Notes: a model not told the origin generated them from the sequence alone. 64,000 nt of DNA from Octopus sinensis (GCF_006345805.1 NC_043010.1:9362001-9426000); one strand, 5' to 3'. Shown: positions 40,106 through 52,772, counted from the stretch's first letter. Translations and numbers: made by a program.

Positions 40106-40332
40106 TTACACATTGAGGGAAGTCGATGGAAACATTTTCTGTGGTATTTCAGGTAGGGGCTTAGTGCAAAACATTGAACCAGGTTTTGGCTTTGAAGACA
40201 AATTAGAACTGCTGCCATATGCCATGTTGTCACTTGTTTCTCTGTACATAAAATTTTGGTCCTCAATTGATTTACTCAAAGACTTGCAAGATGTTTTTCT
40301 GTTCTGGTGTTTGATGGGAAAAGCATAGATAT
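40106..40332 (-). CDS. Candidate terminal exon for a cytoplasmic tail
   Basis: Strong acceptor cttttatttctttttcag|. Entered in phase 1 it reads xIYAFPIKHQNRKTSCKSLSKSIEDQNFMYRETSDNMAYGSSSNLSSKPKPGSMFCTKPLPEIPQKMFPSTSLNV* (74 codons, S/P/K rich). Phase 0 gives ISMLFPSNTRTEKHLASL*. Confidence 0.45.
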
Positions 40333-41289
40333 CTGAAAAAGAAATAAAAGACCACTATAATTAATAAATTCAATGCCTGTTCATTAGTTTATGATTTAAG
40401 ATTTCATTACAGCTAACTCGTTACTTATCTTTTACTTTCAACTAGCTTCAGTCACAGAATTGCAGCCATGCTAAGACACCATCTTGAAGGGGTTAGTTGA
40501 ACAAATAGATCCCAGTCAATTTGTTCAAATTAATGTTTATTTTTTAAGCCCGATACTTGTTCTGCAGGGTTTTTGTTTTTTGCTGAACCACCAAGTTAAA
40601 GGGACACAAACAAACTAGCACCAGTTGTCAAGTGGTAGTGAGAGCAAACACAAACAGAGATGCACATACATAAATGTAGCTGTATACATACATAAATACA
40701 TACACAAGTACATGCATAAATACATACACCTACTTTTACTATCCTTATATCTCTTTCCACTCCTACACACTCAATAATACTATAAAAAGAGACGAATCTC
40801 CTCAAAATATTCAAGTCTGAAGAATCTAATAGAGTGGATGCAAGTGCTAATATATGATTTCTAAAAACTTGTGACATATTAATAAAAATCTGTAAATATA
40901 AAACCATCCAGATTTCTGAGTACCTTATTTCTTCTTATACATACATATACACACATATATATGTATATACACACACACATATATGTATGTATGTAATTAT
41001 GTGTATATACAATGGGATTCCACACAGTTTCCAGCTATCAGATTCACAAAGCATTGGTCTTCCCAGTAGAAGACACTTTCCCAAAGTACCATATAGTGGA
41101 AGTGATTCCACAACCCCATGATTATAGAATGAGCTTTTTAACCATACTGCCATACCTGCAGAAACATTTTTGTCACACTTATTCAATTATAACAAGGTGG
41201 CTAAGGTGTTCTTGCCAATTCTGTGGTCCAAATTCTGTATCAATCTCTTATGACTATATGTCTAATGAAATACACCGATGAAGTGGTGG

Positions 41290-41676
41290 AAGCACTCCGT
41301 CGGTTACGACGACGAGGGTTCCAGTTGATCCGAATCAACGGAACAGCCTGCTCGTGAAATTAACGTGTAAGTGGCTGAGCACTCCACAGACATGTGTACC
41401 CTTAACGTAGTTCTCGGAGATTTTCAGCGTGACACAGAGAGTGACAAGGCCGGCCCTTTGAAATACAGGTACAACAGAAACAGGAAGTAAGAGTGAGAGA
41501 AAGTTGTGGTGAAAGAGTACAACAGGGGTCACCACCATCCCCTGCCAGAGCCTCGTGGAGCTTTTAGGTGTTTTCGCTCAATAAACACTCACAACGCCCA
41601 GTCTGGGAATCAAAACTACGATCCTACGATCCTACGACCGCGAGTCCGCTGCCCTAACCACTGGACCAGTGCGCCA
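41290..41676 (-). mobile_element. Chimeric SINE: family-D head plus module F tail
   Basis: D head 41480-41676 joined at gtacctgtatttcaaagggcc to the same 3' module as 3705-3890. Confidence 0.8.
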
Positions 41677-41749
41677 TCTGATGAAGTATTTCAATTTCAA
41701 AAATAATCCAGAATTCACAGGAAGCTCATACACCAGGTTTCTCGAGTTT

Positions 41750-42010
41750 TTTTAAACCATCTGGTTTAAATACAAGACCAAAGAGGATATTTATGAACAC
41801 ATTCCACCTGTTTTTGTTAGTGTTGATCAATGCAAGATAGCCTTTGCAGACCTCTGCTGTTGTGCTGAACAGCAAGCCATATGGGGTGCAATATTTTGTA
41901 GACTTCTGCTTCCTGATAGAAGACAAGACCCATGGAATTATATCAATGTCATTGGCAGAGAGATGTCACATGAGATCAAGGACCGACAAGATGGATCAGA
42001 ATTTCCTTGA
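41750..42010 (+). mobile_element. Possible RTE/RTEX LINE 3' relic followed by a (GAA)n/(AGAACA)n tail
   Basis: Decayed TKEDIYEHIPPV...IAFADLC...DPWNYINVIGRE resembles the RTE C-terminus; weak. Confidence 0.4.
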
Positions 42011-42011
42011 A

Positions 42012-42198
42012 AGAAGAAGAAGAAGAAGAAGAAGAAGAAGAAGAAGAAGAAGAAGAAGAAGAAGAACAAGAACAAGAACAAGAACAAGAGCAAGAAGAAG
42101 AAGAAGAAGAAGAAGAAGAAGAAGAAGAAGAAGAACAAGAACAAGAACAAGAACAAGAACAAGACAAGAACAAGAAGAAAAAGAAGAAGAAGAAGAAA
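42012..42198. repeat. (GAA)n/(AGAACA)n compound repeat
   Basis: Direct reading. Confidence 0.97.
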
Positions 42199-42499
42199 TA
42201 GGAGGTGGAAGACATTGTGGTTGAAACATAAGATAGGATTTGAAAGCTTTAATTGGGATTCAGGATTTATTTGAAAATGAAGAATTTTATGTCTTTTTTA
42301 TCTGTTAGCTGGGATCAAGAGTTGAGGATGGTATGTTCTATAATTTCTCTAGGACAATTGAAATTATTACCATTGCATGTATAAAATAGAAGAACCATTC
42401 ATACAACAGAATTTCGAGTCTTTCAGATATGTACTGTATCAATTAGATCTTGAGTTCCATGTCTGTTTATGAAATGACTGGGGTACCATCTTAAAGTGT

Positions 42500-43540
42500 T
42501 TTAGTTGAACGAATCGACTCTACAAGCTATTCATTTTAAGCCTGGTACTTATTCCGTCAATCCCATTTGCTGAACTGCAAAGTTATGACTATGTAAATAC
42601 ACCAACACTGGTTATCAAGCGGTGGAGGAGGACAAACACAAACACAAAGACACACACACACGTGCACGTACACACACACATACATATATGTGTGTATATA
42701 TGTATACGCACACACACATATTTACAATAGGATTCTTTCAGTTTCAGTCTACCAAGTCTACTCACAAGGCTTTGGTTGGCCTAAGGTTATAGTAGAAGAC
42801 ACTTGCCCAAGTTTCCAGGCAGTGGGACTGAACCCAGAACCATGTGGTTGTGAAGCAAACTCCTTACCACTCAGCCATGCCTATATTAAAAAAAAATGAA
42901 GACTGTCTGTGTGTCCATTGTTCCATATTGCTCTATAAATAATTTTGAAGGAGACAAGAAAATAATCTTAGAAGAAAAGCAGCACGGATAAAGGGATTTA
43001 AATGAACAAGGTGAGGAAGGGGAGTTGTAATATAGACATGATAGGTGCAGGCATGGATGTGTGGTTAAGAAGCTTGCTTTGCTACCATGTGGTTCTGGGT
43101 TCAGTCCCACCATGTGACAACTTGGGCAAGTTGCAGACATGGATGGATGGATGGTTAAGAAGCTTGCTTTGCTACCATGTGGTTCTGGGTTCAGTCCCAC
43201 CGTGTGACAACTTGGGCAAGTGTCTTCTGCTATAGCCCTGAGTTGACCAATGCTTTGCAAGAGAATTTGGTAGGTAGAAACTGTGTGGGACCCCATCATG
43301 TGTGTGTGTGTGTATGTTTTTGTGTCTGTGGTTGTCCACTTTCAACCACCACAACCACTCGACAACTGTTAATGGTTTGTTTACAGCCCCGGTAACTTAG
43401 TAGCCCAACTAAAACGACTGTTAGAATATGTGCTAGACTTAAAAGAGATGTACTTAGAAGGGGGTGGGATCAATTAGTCTGATATAAACCCTTAAAGATA
43501 GTGCCCCAGCATGGCCACAGTCTAGTGACTGAAATTAGTG
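42500..43540. mobile_element. Two diverged SINE-A copies head-to-head (- 42500-42880, + 43045-43540 with a duplicated head)
   Basis: tggttaagaagcttgctttgctaccatgtggttctgggttcagtcccacc...cttgggcaagt occurs twice in tandem. Confidence 0.8.
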
Positions 43541-43981
43541 AAGAGAAAATGAATGAGAACAGAAACCCTATTTGTTTTATGTATAATAAGTATGATTAAA
43601 TATAATCCAGATTTAGTTTGTTTTAGAAGCTTCTTCTTTATTTTTCTCTTAATTCTGGGGATTACAAAACCTTGTTTTGAAATGGCTTAATCTGAAAACA
43701 ATTTATATGCTGAATGTGATATTAATAAGAAAAAAAAATAATAGAACAGAAACACAGAATCAAATATTTAGGAATCTCTATGGATAATAATGATATCATA
43801 TATGATAAAAAGATCAGAAAAAAAAAAAAACAATATTTTCAATAATGTTATTATCATGATTAATGTAAGAATTGAAAATAGGAGTAAAACTATTTAGGTG
43901 GTGAGGAATTTTGACAAACATATAAAGACAGCTTGTAGCATATTTCAGTCATATCCTGGCCACATCAACAAAACTTTCTCC

Positions 43982-44012
<31 letters not shown>

Positions 44013-44411
44013 TAATAACAATAATAACAATAATAATAATAATAATAATAATAGTAATGGGGGAGCATCATAGTCTGGGGGAGCATCATAGCCATGTGTT
44101 GAGAGGGATTCTTTGGGGTTTGAATAATTCACCTCTGGAAACATGGGTGGTTCTTTCAACATCCTTAAACAACCCTTATTCAGGGACTGTTTGAGCGGGA
44201 TGGGCTACTCAACCTGAAGAAAATTCTAACTGGGCCCCACCTGCAAGGTCATGTGCTGTTTATCTTGATATGAGATCACCATGTCGCGCACATATGGTTG
44301 TGATGCATGTGCCTGGTGTACCTTTATCAGATGGGTAGTCATGATGGGTATATTGGGCTTCGTATATTTTACCCCAGTGTCACTTTGATGGCATGAACTG
44401 CTCTCTCACTC

Positions 44412-44489
<78 letters not shown>

Positions 44490-44600
44490 AAGATGAATAG
44501 TAATAATAATAATAAGTATCGAAGGCAGTGAGCTGGCAGAAATGATAGCACACCAGGCGAATTGTTTAGCAGTATTTCATCCATCTTTGCAAGAAGGTCG

Positions 44601-45320
44601 CAAGCTGGCAGAAACGTTAGCACGCTGGACGAAATGCTTAGCGGTATTTCATCTGCTGCTACGTTCTGAGTTCAAATTCCACCGAGGTCAACTTTGCCTT
44701 TCATCCTTTTGGGGTCAATTAAATAAGTACCAGTTATGCACTGGGGTCAATATAATCGACTTAATCCATTTGTCTGTCCTTGTTTGTCCTCTCTGTGTTT
44801 AGCCCCTTGTGGGTAGTAAAGAAATAGGTATTTCGTCTGCTGCTATGTTCTGAGTTCAAATTTCGCCGAGGTCAACTTTGCCTTTCATCCTTTTGGGGTC
44901 AATTAAATAAGTACCAGTTATGCACTGGGGTCGATATAATCGACTTAATCCATTTGTCTGTCCTTGTTTGTCCTCTCTGTGTTTAGCCCCTTGTGGGTAG
45001 TAAAGAAATAGGTATTTCGTCTGCTGCTATGTTCTGAGTTCAAATTTCGCCGAGGTCGACTTTGCCTTTCATCCTTTTGGGATCAATTAAATAAGTACCA
45101 GTTATGCACTGGGGTCGATATAATCAACTTTATCCGTTTGTCCTCTCTGTGTGTAACCCCTTGTGGGTAGTAAAGAAATAGGTATTTCATCTGTCTTTAT
45201 GTCCTCAGTTCAAATTCTGCCGAGGTCAACTTTAGCTTTCCTCCTTTTCGGGGTGGGGGAGGTCAATAAATTAAGTACCAGTTGCATACTGGGGTTGATC
45301 TAATCGACTAGCCACCTCCC
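44601..45320 (+). repeat. Head-to-tail multimer of SINE B (units of 184, 184 and 170 bp plus a partial unit)
   Basis: ggtatttc restarts at 44643, 44827, 45011 and 45181. Confidence 0.9.
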
Positions 45321-46221
45321 CAAAAATTTCATGCCTTATGCTTAGAGTAGCACAGAATAATAATAATATGTTATTATCAGATGTCCTTCTTCTGCTACAG
45401 GGTCATAAGGCCAGTTTCCCAGATTCTGTGGCTTAAGAACTCCTACAGATAAACATGATGCCAGCCCATTGCCGGACTACTTATTTCTGCTGGCTGAGTG
45501 GACTGGAGTGAGGTGAAATGAAGTGTCTTGCTCAAGAACACAACGCATCGCCTGGTCCAGGAATCAAAACCACAATCATACAATCATGGATGCAACAGCT
45601 TAACCACTAAGCCCCATACCTCCACCATGTCAATGAAGGAATAATCATTATATCTCTAAATATATTCTAAGAAGTTTGGTCATATTTTCCATATTTAATC
45701 CCAATTATAAACTTTGCTATATTGGCTTCTACCTACTGTAATATTTTCCACCCTTATTCTCCTTTATTCTCTGGCTAATTAGGTATGGTTTCAAAATAAT
45801 AACTGCCACATAATTAGAAGTGTTAAATCATAAATATTTAGATGTTCATAGAACAATATGTATCAAAACATCAATATTTAATGGCAAAACAGCAATATTT
45901 TCACTTCAAAGAAAGGCAAGGTAGAAATGAAGAAGAGGAAAATATATACAAGATGGTATTAACATAATTAATGCAAGAATTGAAAAGTAAAGTCGGAATA
46001 TTTAAGTAGTGACAAATTTTGGTAAATATAGAAGACAATTTGGGACATATTTCAACCTAGTTCTGACCTTATTAACAAAGTAAGACTTCTTTGTACTTGG
46101 TGAATCTGTGAGGTAAAAACCTCTCTATATGTGTACAAAATTGTACATTGGCTGGTGTAGTAAAGCAGAATTGTTTAGAAAATAATTAATTCAGGGATGC
46201 CAACTGCATGAAAAACAGTAG

Positions 46222-46390
46222 TCAATTTAGTGTTAATAAATCTGATGCAAGGATCGTCGATGTTCTGTGTAAATAGTTACATCTGTGAATCCATTGAATT
46301 GTTCTAACATATTTTAGTAGATCCTTGGGCAGGAAAACAACTTCTTTTTCTCTCTGGATGGCAAAAACATATCTATGAGGTTGAAAATAT
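46222..46390 (-). CDS. Candidate alternative terminal exon (55 codons open if entered in phase 2)
   Basis: tttttagtcattccacag|ATAT acceptor; reads YFQPHRYVFAIQREKEVVFLPKDLLKY...TLN*. No homology support. Confidence 0.2.
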
Positions 46391-47073
46391 CTGTGGAATG
46401 ACTAAAAACTAATGCTTAAAAGCCCCATAGGGATCTATTAAATTATACCAAATAAACGTTTTCCAGTTATAAAATATTTCTTTTTTATTATCGGCACAAG
46501 GCCTGAAATTTTGTGGGAAGGGTTTGTTGATTGTATTGACGCAAGTTCTCAGCTAATTTCATCAACCCTGGGAAATGAAAGGCTAAGTCAACCTTGGTGG
46601 CATTTGAACTCAGAACATGAAAGCAGATGAAATGCCCCTAAGCATTTTGTTAAATGCATTAACAATTGGTTTCAAATTTTGACACAGGCCTGCAATTTGC
46701 GGGGAGGGCTAAGTTGATTATATCAACCCTGGTGCGCAACTGGTACTTATTTTATTGACCCCAAATAGATGAAAGGCTTGATGATATTTGAACTCAAAAT
46801 GTGAAGACAGATGAAATGCTACTAAGCATTTTGTTTTTGTGTTATTCTGAAGTAAACTCTAGATCATAATTGATCTCTTTTAATCGGAAATGTTTCATAG
46901 ATTCGAATACAGGTATGTGGTTTGAAGCTCACTTCACAACTGTATTACAGAACATTTTTTTGCGGTTAAGTTGACTGAGCTATTTGGGAATTAAATGCTA
47001 CTTGAGACAAAATATCAACTGCTAATTTCTTGGTTAATTGTTTGACACCCAGTCTACCCAGCCAACAATTCCC

Positions 47074-47605
47074 TTAACCCTTTAGCATTCAGATTACTCT
47101 GTGAAATGTAAAGCCTGTTTAATTACATCATCATCATCATCATCATCATCGTTTAGCGTCCGCTTTCTATGCTAGCATGGGTTGGACGGTTCAACTGGGG
47201 TCTGGGAAGCCAGAAGGCTGCACCAGGCCCAGTTTGATCTGGCAGTGTTTCTACGGCTGGATGCCCTTCCTAACGCCAACCACTCCATGAGTGTAGTGGG
47301 TGCTTTTTACGTGCCACTGGCACAAGTGCCAGACGAGTCTGGCAAATGGCCACGATCGGATGGTGCTTTTTATGTGCCACCGGCACGGGGGCCAGGCGAG
47401 GCTGGCAACGGCCATGAACGGATGGTGGTTGCCAGTTTAAATTAATTGTACAGCATCTTGTAGCTCTGAGATTTTGATGATGTCCCTGTTTAATTTTAGA
47501 ATGACTTTGTAGGGTAGGTGTGAGAGGTCAGAGCTGGCTGGTTTGAGCATAAAACAGGAAGACAATTTGGGCCTCGTATGGCCAGTTTAAACATTTAAGG
47601 GTTAA
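47074..47605. mobile_element. piggyBac-type MITE (TTAA TSD, CCCTT termini) with a nested SINE
   Basis: ttaa|ccctttagcatt ... aaacatttaaggg|ttaa; family-C SINE at 47127-47432 inside. Confidence 0.7.
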
Positions 47606-48465
47606 ACTGAATCCATACTAACATTAGAAATGTCAAATAGTAATTAAAAAACAAATAGTAATTAGTATAACTTACCAAGGAGTTCTTCATAGTGATTAGC
47701 ATCTGCTTCAGTCCAGCCATGTCCAGTGTAATTACAGGAGGATACCTCTGACATTTCATTGTAATTTCCGAGAAATTCTGGCTTAAAAGAACTTTGTATT
47801 CTTGGCCCATCATATATTATGACCATATCATCAAGGAAGTTCTATAAATTTCAAAACAAGTTTTTATAAATTTCAAACTAGACAATTTGAAATCATTTAC
47901 ATCTAACAGAAAGAAAAAAAAAACTAACTCATTCAGATCTTAAATAATAACTAGGAGTCAGACATCACCGAATAAACATATCATCATCATCATCATCATC
48001 ATCGTCATTTAACGTCCGCTTTCCATGGGTTGGATGGTTTAACTGGGGTCTGGGAAGCCCGAAGGCTGTACCAGGCCAGTCAGATCCGGCGGTGTTTCTA
48101 CAGCTGGATGCCCTTCCTAACGTCAACCACTCCATGAGTGTAGTGGGCGCTTTTTATGTGCCACCAACACAGGTGCCAGACGAGGCTGGCAAACCTATAA
48201 GCTTTGATAATAATTAGTTGGATTTATATTGTGAGATTGTGATACCAGATCTTTAGGTGTTGGGTTTTATGAGAAAGGCAAAAGGAAAAACAAAACAAAT
48301 GGCAGTGTGTGATGAAGCAGATCTATCAAATACAAAAGAATGGGGGAAAACAAAACAAAACCGAAACATCAAAACATTGATGATGATAATAAACAACAAT
48401 GACTGCTATCAGAATTTGAGGTGGGTTTTTTTACAGTGAAACGTCTTTCCAGTCACCATCATATA

Positions 48466-48500
<35 letters not shown>

Positions 48501-49835
48501 TAAGGTGATCGCTAATTTATATCTTATCACATGTATCGGATTGTTTCCTTCAGAAAACCCTTTAGGTGTTAGTGACTGCCTATCATGCTGAGCTTTGTAA
48601 ATCAAGATCAACTTGGTCTAAGATCAGAGGTTCCATTCTTATTCATATTTAACCCACAGTCCAGCTTTGTATTACACACACACACACAGACACACATATT
48701 TATATGTATGTGTGTATGTATGCATGTATGTATGTATGTATATATGCGTGTATGTATGTATATATGTATGTCTGTATGTATGTCTGTATGTGTATATATA
48801 TATGTATGTATATGTATATATGTAATACAAAGCTTAACTGTGGGTTAAATATAAATAAAAATGGAACCCGCAGAGAAGTTCTATGATACTTAAATTTATT
48901 TCATTACTTGTTCCAATCATTTGTATGGCTATGCTGGGGCATCAGCCTCAATACTTATTTATTTATGTATTTATTTATGAATCAAAGTTCCACTCACGAA
49001 GTTCCACTCACAAAGTATAGGTTAACCCATAGCTATTGTAGGAGATACTCAAACAAATTGCTGTGCAGTGAGATTGGACCCAGTAACCTGTTGTTTTGAA
49101 GCAAACATCTTAACCACACAGCCAAAATCTCTGCCTACAGTTTGTTCTTTGATCAAGCACACTACCTTTACTCGCTATCAATCTCCTTCCAATAATGGTA
49201 ATAATAATTATAACGATTGCAGTAGTTTGCAATATTAATTCTTGTTCATAAAAAAAATAATACTCAAAAAACATATTTCAATAATATTTCTGTTAATGAC
49301 AAAGACAGGAAAAAGATATAATACTTCTTAAGTTTGCATTTCTTTGATCTTTCTATATTATAACCATGATGCAGTTTATTTTCTATGATCACAAATTATA
49401 TCTGAAATAGCTCATCATATTGTTTGTCCTCTTACAAAAAGAAAAAGTAAAACAAATCAGTCTGAAATATATTTCAAAGAAAATATAATACATTCCAATA
49501 ATATTCCTGTAATTTTACAAAAGTATTTATCAATATTCTATGTATTACTGTCACTGAGATATCCCCCCCTCCCGCCTCCACACTTCCAGAATTTTTATAC
49601 ATTTTTATGTTTAAATGGTAATTAATTCTTAGCTTAACTGTAATTCCTTGTCTTTCAAGATTTCAATTTTACAGTTGATTAACCGTTTTCATGCTGTGTT
49701 TTTTTTATTTTTATATATATGTGTATGTATATATTTACATATATGTAATAAAATAAATGTAGTATATATACCAAATAATATTTGTATTTTGCAAACCAAT
49801 CATGTCTTTCTTTTTTATTTTACAAATGTGTAAAA

Positions 49836-50142
49836 GCGCAGGAGTGGCTGTGTGGTAAGTAGCTTGCTAACCAACCACATGTTTCCGGGTTCAGTCGTAT
49901 ATATATATATATGTATGTGTGTGTGTTTGTGTGTCTGTGGTTGTCCTCCTAGCATTGCTTGACAACCGTGCTGGTGTGTTTACATCCCCGTCACTTAGCG
50001 GTTCAGCAAAAGAGACCGATAGAATAAGTACTGGGCTCACAAAGGATAAGTCCCGGGGTTGATTTGCTCGACTAAAGGCGGTGCTCCAGCATGGCTGCAG
50101 TCAAATGACTGAAACAAGTAAAAGAGTAAAAGAGTAAAGAGT
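49836..50142 (+). mobile_element. SINE family A with internal deletion
   Basis: ttcagtc is joined directly to gtatatat. Confidence 0.88.
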
Positions 50143-50526
50143 AATATATTTCAAACGTGTAAAAGAACAAAAGTAAAAGGATTTAATTTGTGTGTGTGTG
50201 TGTGTGCATGTGCATATACCCTTGTCTAGACATCATGAGGTAATTGAACATAGCTTTCATACAAGTGATGTTGTTCATATCTAGTCTTCCATGGAAAATA
50301 TATCTGACCATAGGAAGTATAACCTGGAAGCAGGTGAGTGTTGGTGGCATAAAGGTCATCCAGGAATAGGAAATTTGATTTAATAAATCCCATCTAACCC
50401 ATGCAAGCATAGAAAAGTCGACGTTAAAATGATGATGTCGATGATGACGATGATGATGACAATATTTGTAAATAACTGTATCTATACTCACACACATACA
50501 TACATACATATATTTGGTGGACTTAC

Positions 50527-50573
50527 CTGTCATAAATGATAGATGAGGGCTCTGCAACTTCTTGCTGAAACAC
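50527..50573 (-). CDS. Candidate 47-nt internal exon (VFQQEVAEPSSIIYD+AG; phase 0 to 2)
   Basis: tgtgcag| acceptor, strong CAG|GTAAGT donor, open in phase 0; the pyrimidine tract is weak. Confidence 0.25.
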
Positions 50574-51547
50574 CTGCACAGATGATTTGCTTATAGTGAT
50601 TAAATGCTTGTGTTGTTTAATAGCTCACATGTTTGTTTCAAATTGACATTACCTGTACAGGTGCATGATATGCTACATGTCTGATGGTGTGGTCGCAGAC
50701 CAATGTGGAATGAATTATTTTGCTGCTCATTAGTGCAACACCCCAACCACTAGGTCACACATCTTCATATATATATATATATACAGGTGTTGCTTTGTTT
50801 GCATCTCCATAACTTAGCATTTCACCAAAAGAGATCAATACAATAAGTATCAAACTTAAAAAAACGTACTGGCATTGACTAAAGAGTTTTTGAAGCAGTA
50901 CCACATCATGGCTGCAGTCTAATAACTCAAACTAGTAAAATGTAAAACACACACACATGTGCAAGGAGAGATAGTTATAACTGTTCTAGTTTATTGTAAT
51001 TTTAGTATAGCTTTACTGACAAGCTAACCTTTTTGTTATTTCTAATTGAAGAGGATGGCTATAAGAGCACATTGAATACATCCTACTAAACACTGTTTGC
51101 CACTACTAGCTTGTTTGCACAATACAGTTGCGAGGTGAAAATAATTTGGAAGCTCACTATGCTATAAAGATTTATGTGAAACCGGGTACAGATGCCACTG
51201 AAATGGGGTGCTTATGGATTAACTTGTGTGAGCTGAACATTGGGCCTTTGCTGACCTTAGAGGCCAGGGAAAGCAAGTTAATCGGGAACCTCATGATCTC
51301 CTTTTCTGTGAGTAAGGGCATCATCTACATCGGCTGGGTTTCCTCTTATCTTCCTCCTCCTGTTGGTGTGTTTACATCCCTGTAACTTAGTAGTTCGGCA
51401 AAAGAGACCGATAGAATAAGTCCTAGGCTTACAAAGAATATGTCCTGGAGTTGATTTAACTAAAAAGGCGGTGCTCCAGCATGGCCACAGTCAAACGACT
51501 GAAGCAAATAAAAGAATAAAAGAATATATTGTGTGTTTATTTACATT

Positions 51548-51711
51548 ATGTACATTATTTACATTATTTACATTTGACGGGTATTTGTCCTCATCTTGTT
51601 TGTTGTTAACACATTTCAGCTGATATACCCTCCAGCCTTCATCAGGTGTCTTGGGGAAATTTCGAACCTGGGTTCTCATTCCTAAGGTATTTTTCGATGT
51701 TGTTGTTGTTG

Positions 51712-51753
<42 letters not shown>

Positions 51754-51828
51754 TCACTGCCAGGAATCGAACTCAGAATCTTGGGGTTAGTAGCCCATGG
51801 AGATTAAGAGTTCACTTCCAGACAGTGA

Positions 51829-51882
<54 letters not shown>

Positions 51883-52038
51883 TAACCTCTGAAAAATACC
51901 TTAGGAATGAGAACTCAGGTTCGAAATTTCCCCAAGACACCTGATGAAGGCTGGAGGGTATATCAGCCGAAACATGTTAACAACAAACAAGATGAGGACA
52001 AATATCTGTCAAATGTAAATAATGTAAATAATGTACAT
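51548..52038. mobile_element. Fold-back palindrome of a tRNA-head/(AAT)n/hammerhead-like cassette (Penelope-related non-autonomous element)
   Basis: Arms 51548-51759 and 51823-52038 are reverse complements. Each has gacac-CTGATGA-a-ggctg...cagcY-GAAA. The spacer has a tRNA-like GAGTTCGATTCC B-box on minus. Confidence 0.75.
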
Positions 52039-52763
52039 AGTTCCTCATCTCTTAAATATAGAACTGTATAATGTGTCTTGTGTGAACAAAACAGATGTAC
52101 AACTGCTACTGTTAAGTTTAGAGCTCTATATAGATTGTCATCATCCAGTCTGCTTCCTGTAGAATGGTTAAGTAAGTACTATACTTAGTAGTATTACTAT
52201 TATGATGTACCTAGCGACTGTAGGAGAAATTACAATAAACTAGTTTATATTGTTTGTTCCTACACACCTAAGAAAAATCTGTATTAACTTGTGTTTATCA
52301 AAATTTTTCATCTCTCTTTCTCTTTCTCTATCTTTTTCTCTCTATCTCTCTCTCTATATATGTGTGTGTGTATGTATTCGTATAGATATAGCCACATACA
52401 TGTACATACATTTACATATGTATGTGTTAGTGTGTGTATATATCCATATGTATACACACACACACTCACACACACATGTATGTGTATTTGTACTCATTAA
52501 ATAGTACTATAAGCTTCTCAAATTAATTAGTACTACAAGTACTATTTAATTTTCAATTAAATAGTTCTATAAGCTTTTCAAATAATGCTTAATTCTATGT
52601 CCAAGATAATATCTGAAAATAATACCTTTCTTGCAATATGACCACATGTTATATTCCTTTTGCACAAAAGATATCTCACAACTTATTCCTGAAACAAAAC
52701 AAGAATTCTCCAAGAAATAAATGTTAGTAAATCTATAATGAACAAAAACCAATCAAGAAAATC

Positions 52764-52772
52764 ACTTACTTG
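52764..52772 (-). promoter_or_regulatory. 5' splice donor ending the protocadherin exon (CAA|GTAAGT, phase 0)
   Basis: Plus-strand acttacttg reads CAA GTAAGT on minus. 55142-52770+1 = 2373 nt = 791 codons. The residues after it (VSDFLDWFLF...) look intronic. Confidence 0.8.

Noticed and set aside
39972-40328. 118-aa plus-strand ORF
   Set aside because: Antisense shadow of the minus-strand candidate exon; no independent support.
52683-52769. Last 28 codons of the 819-aa ORF
   Set aside because: They follow a canonical donor and read like intron; not counted as coding, although read-through is not excluded.
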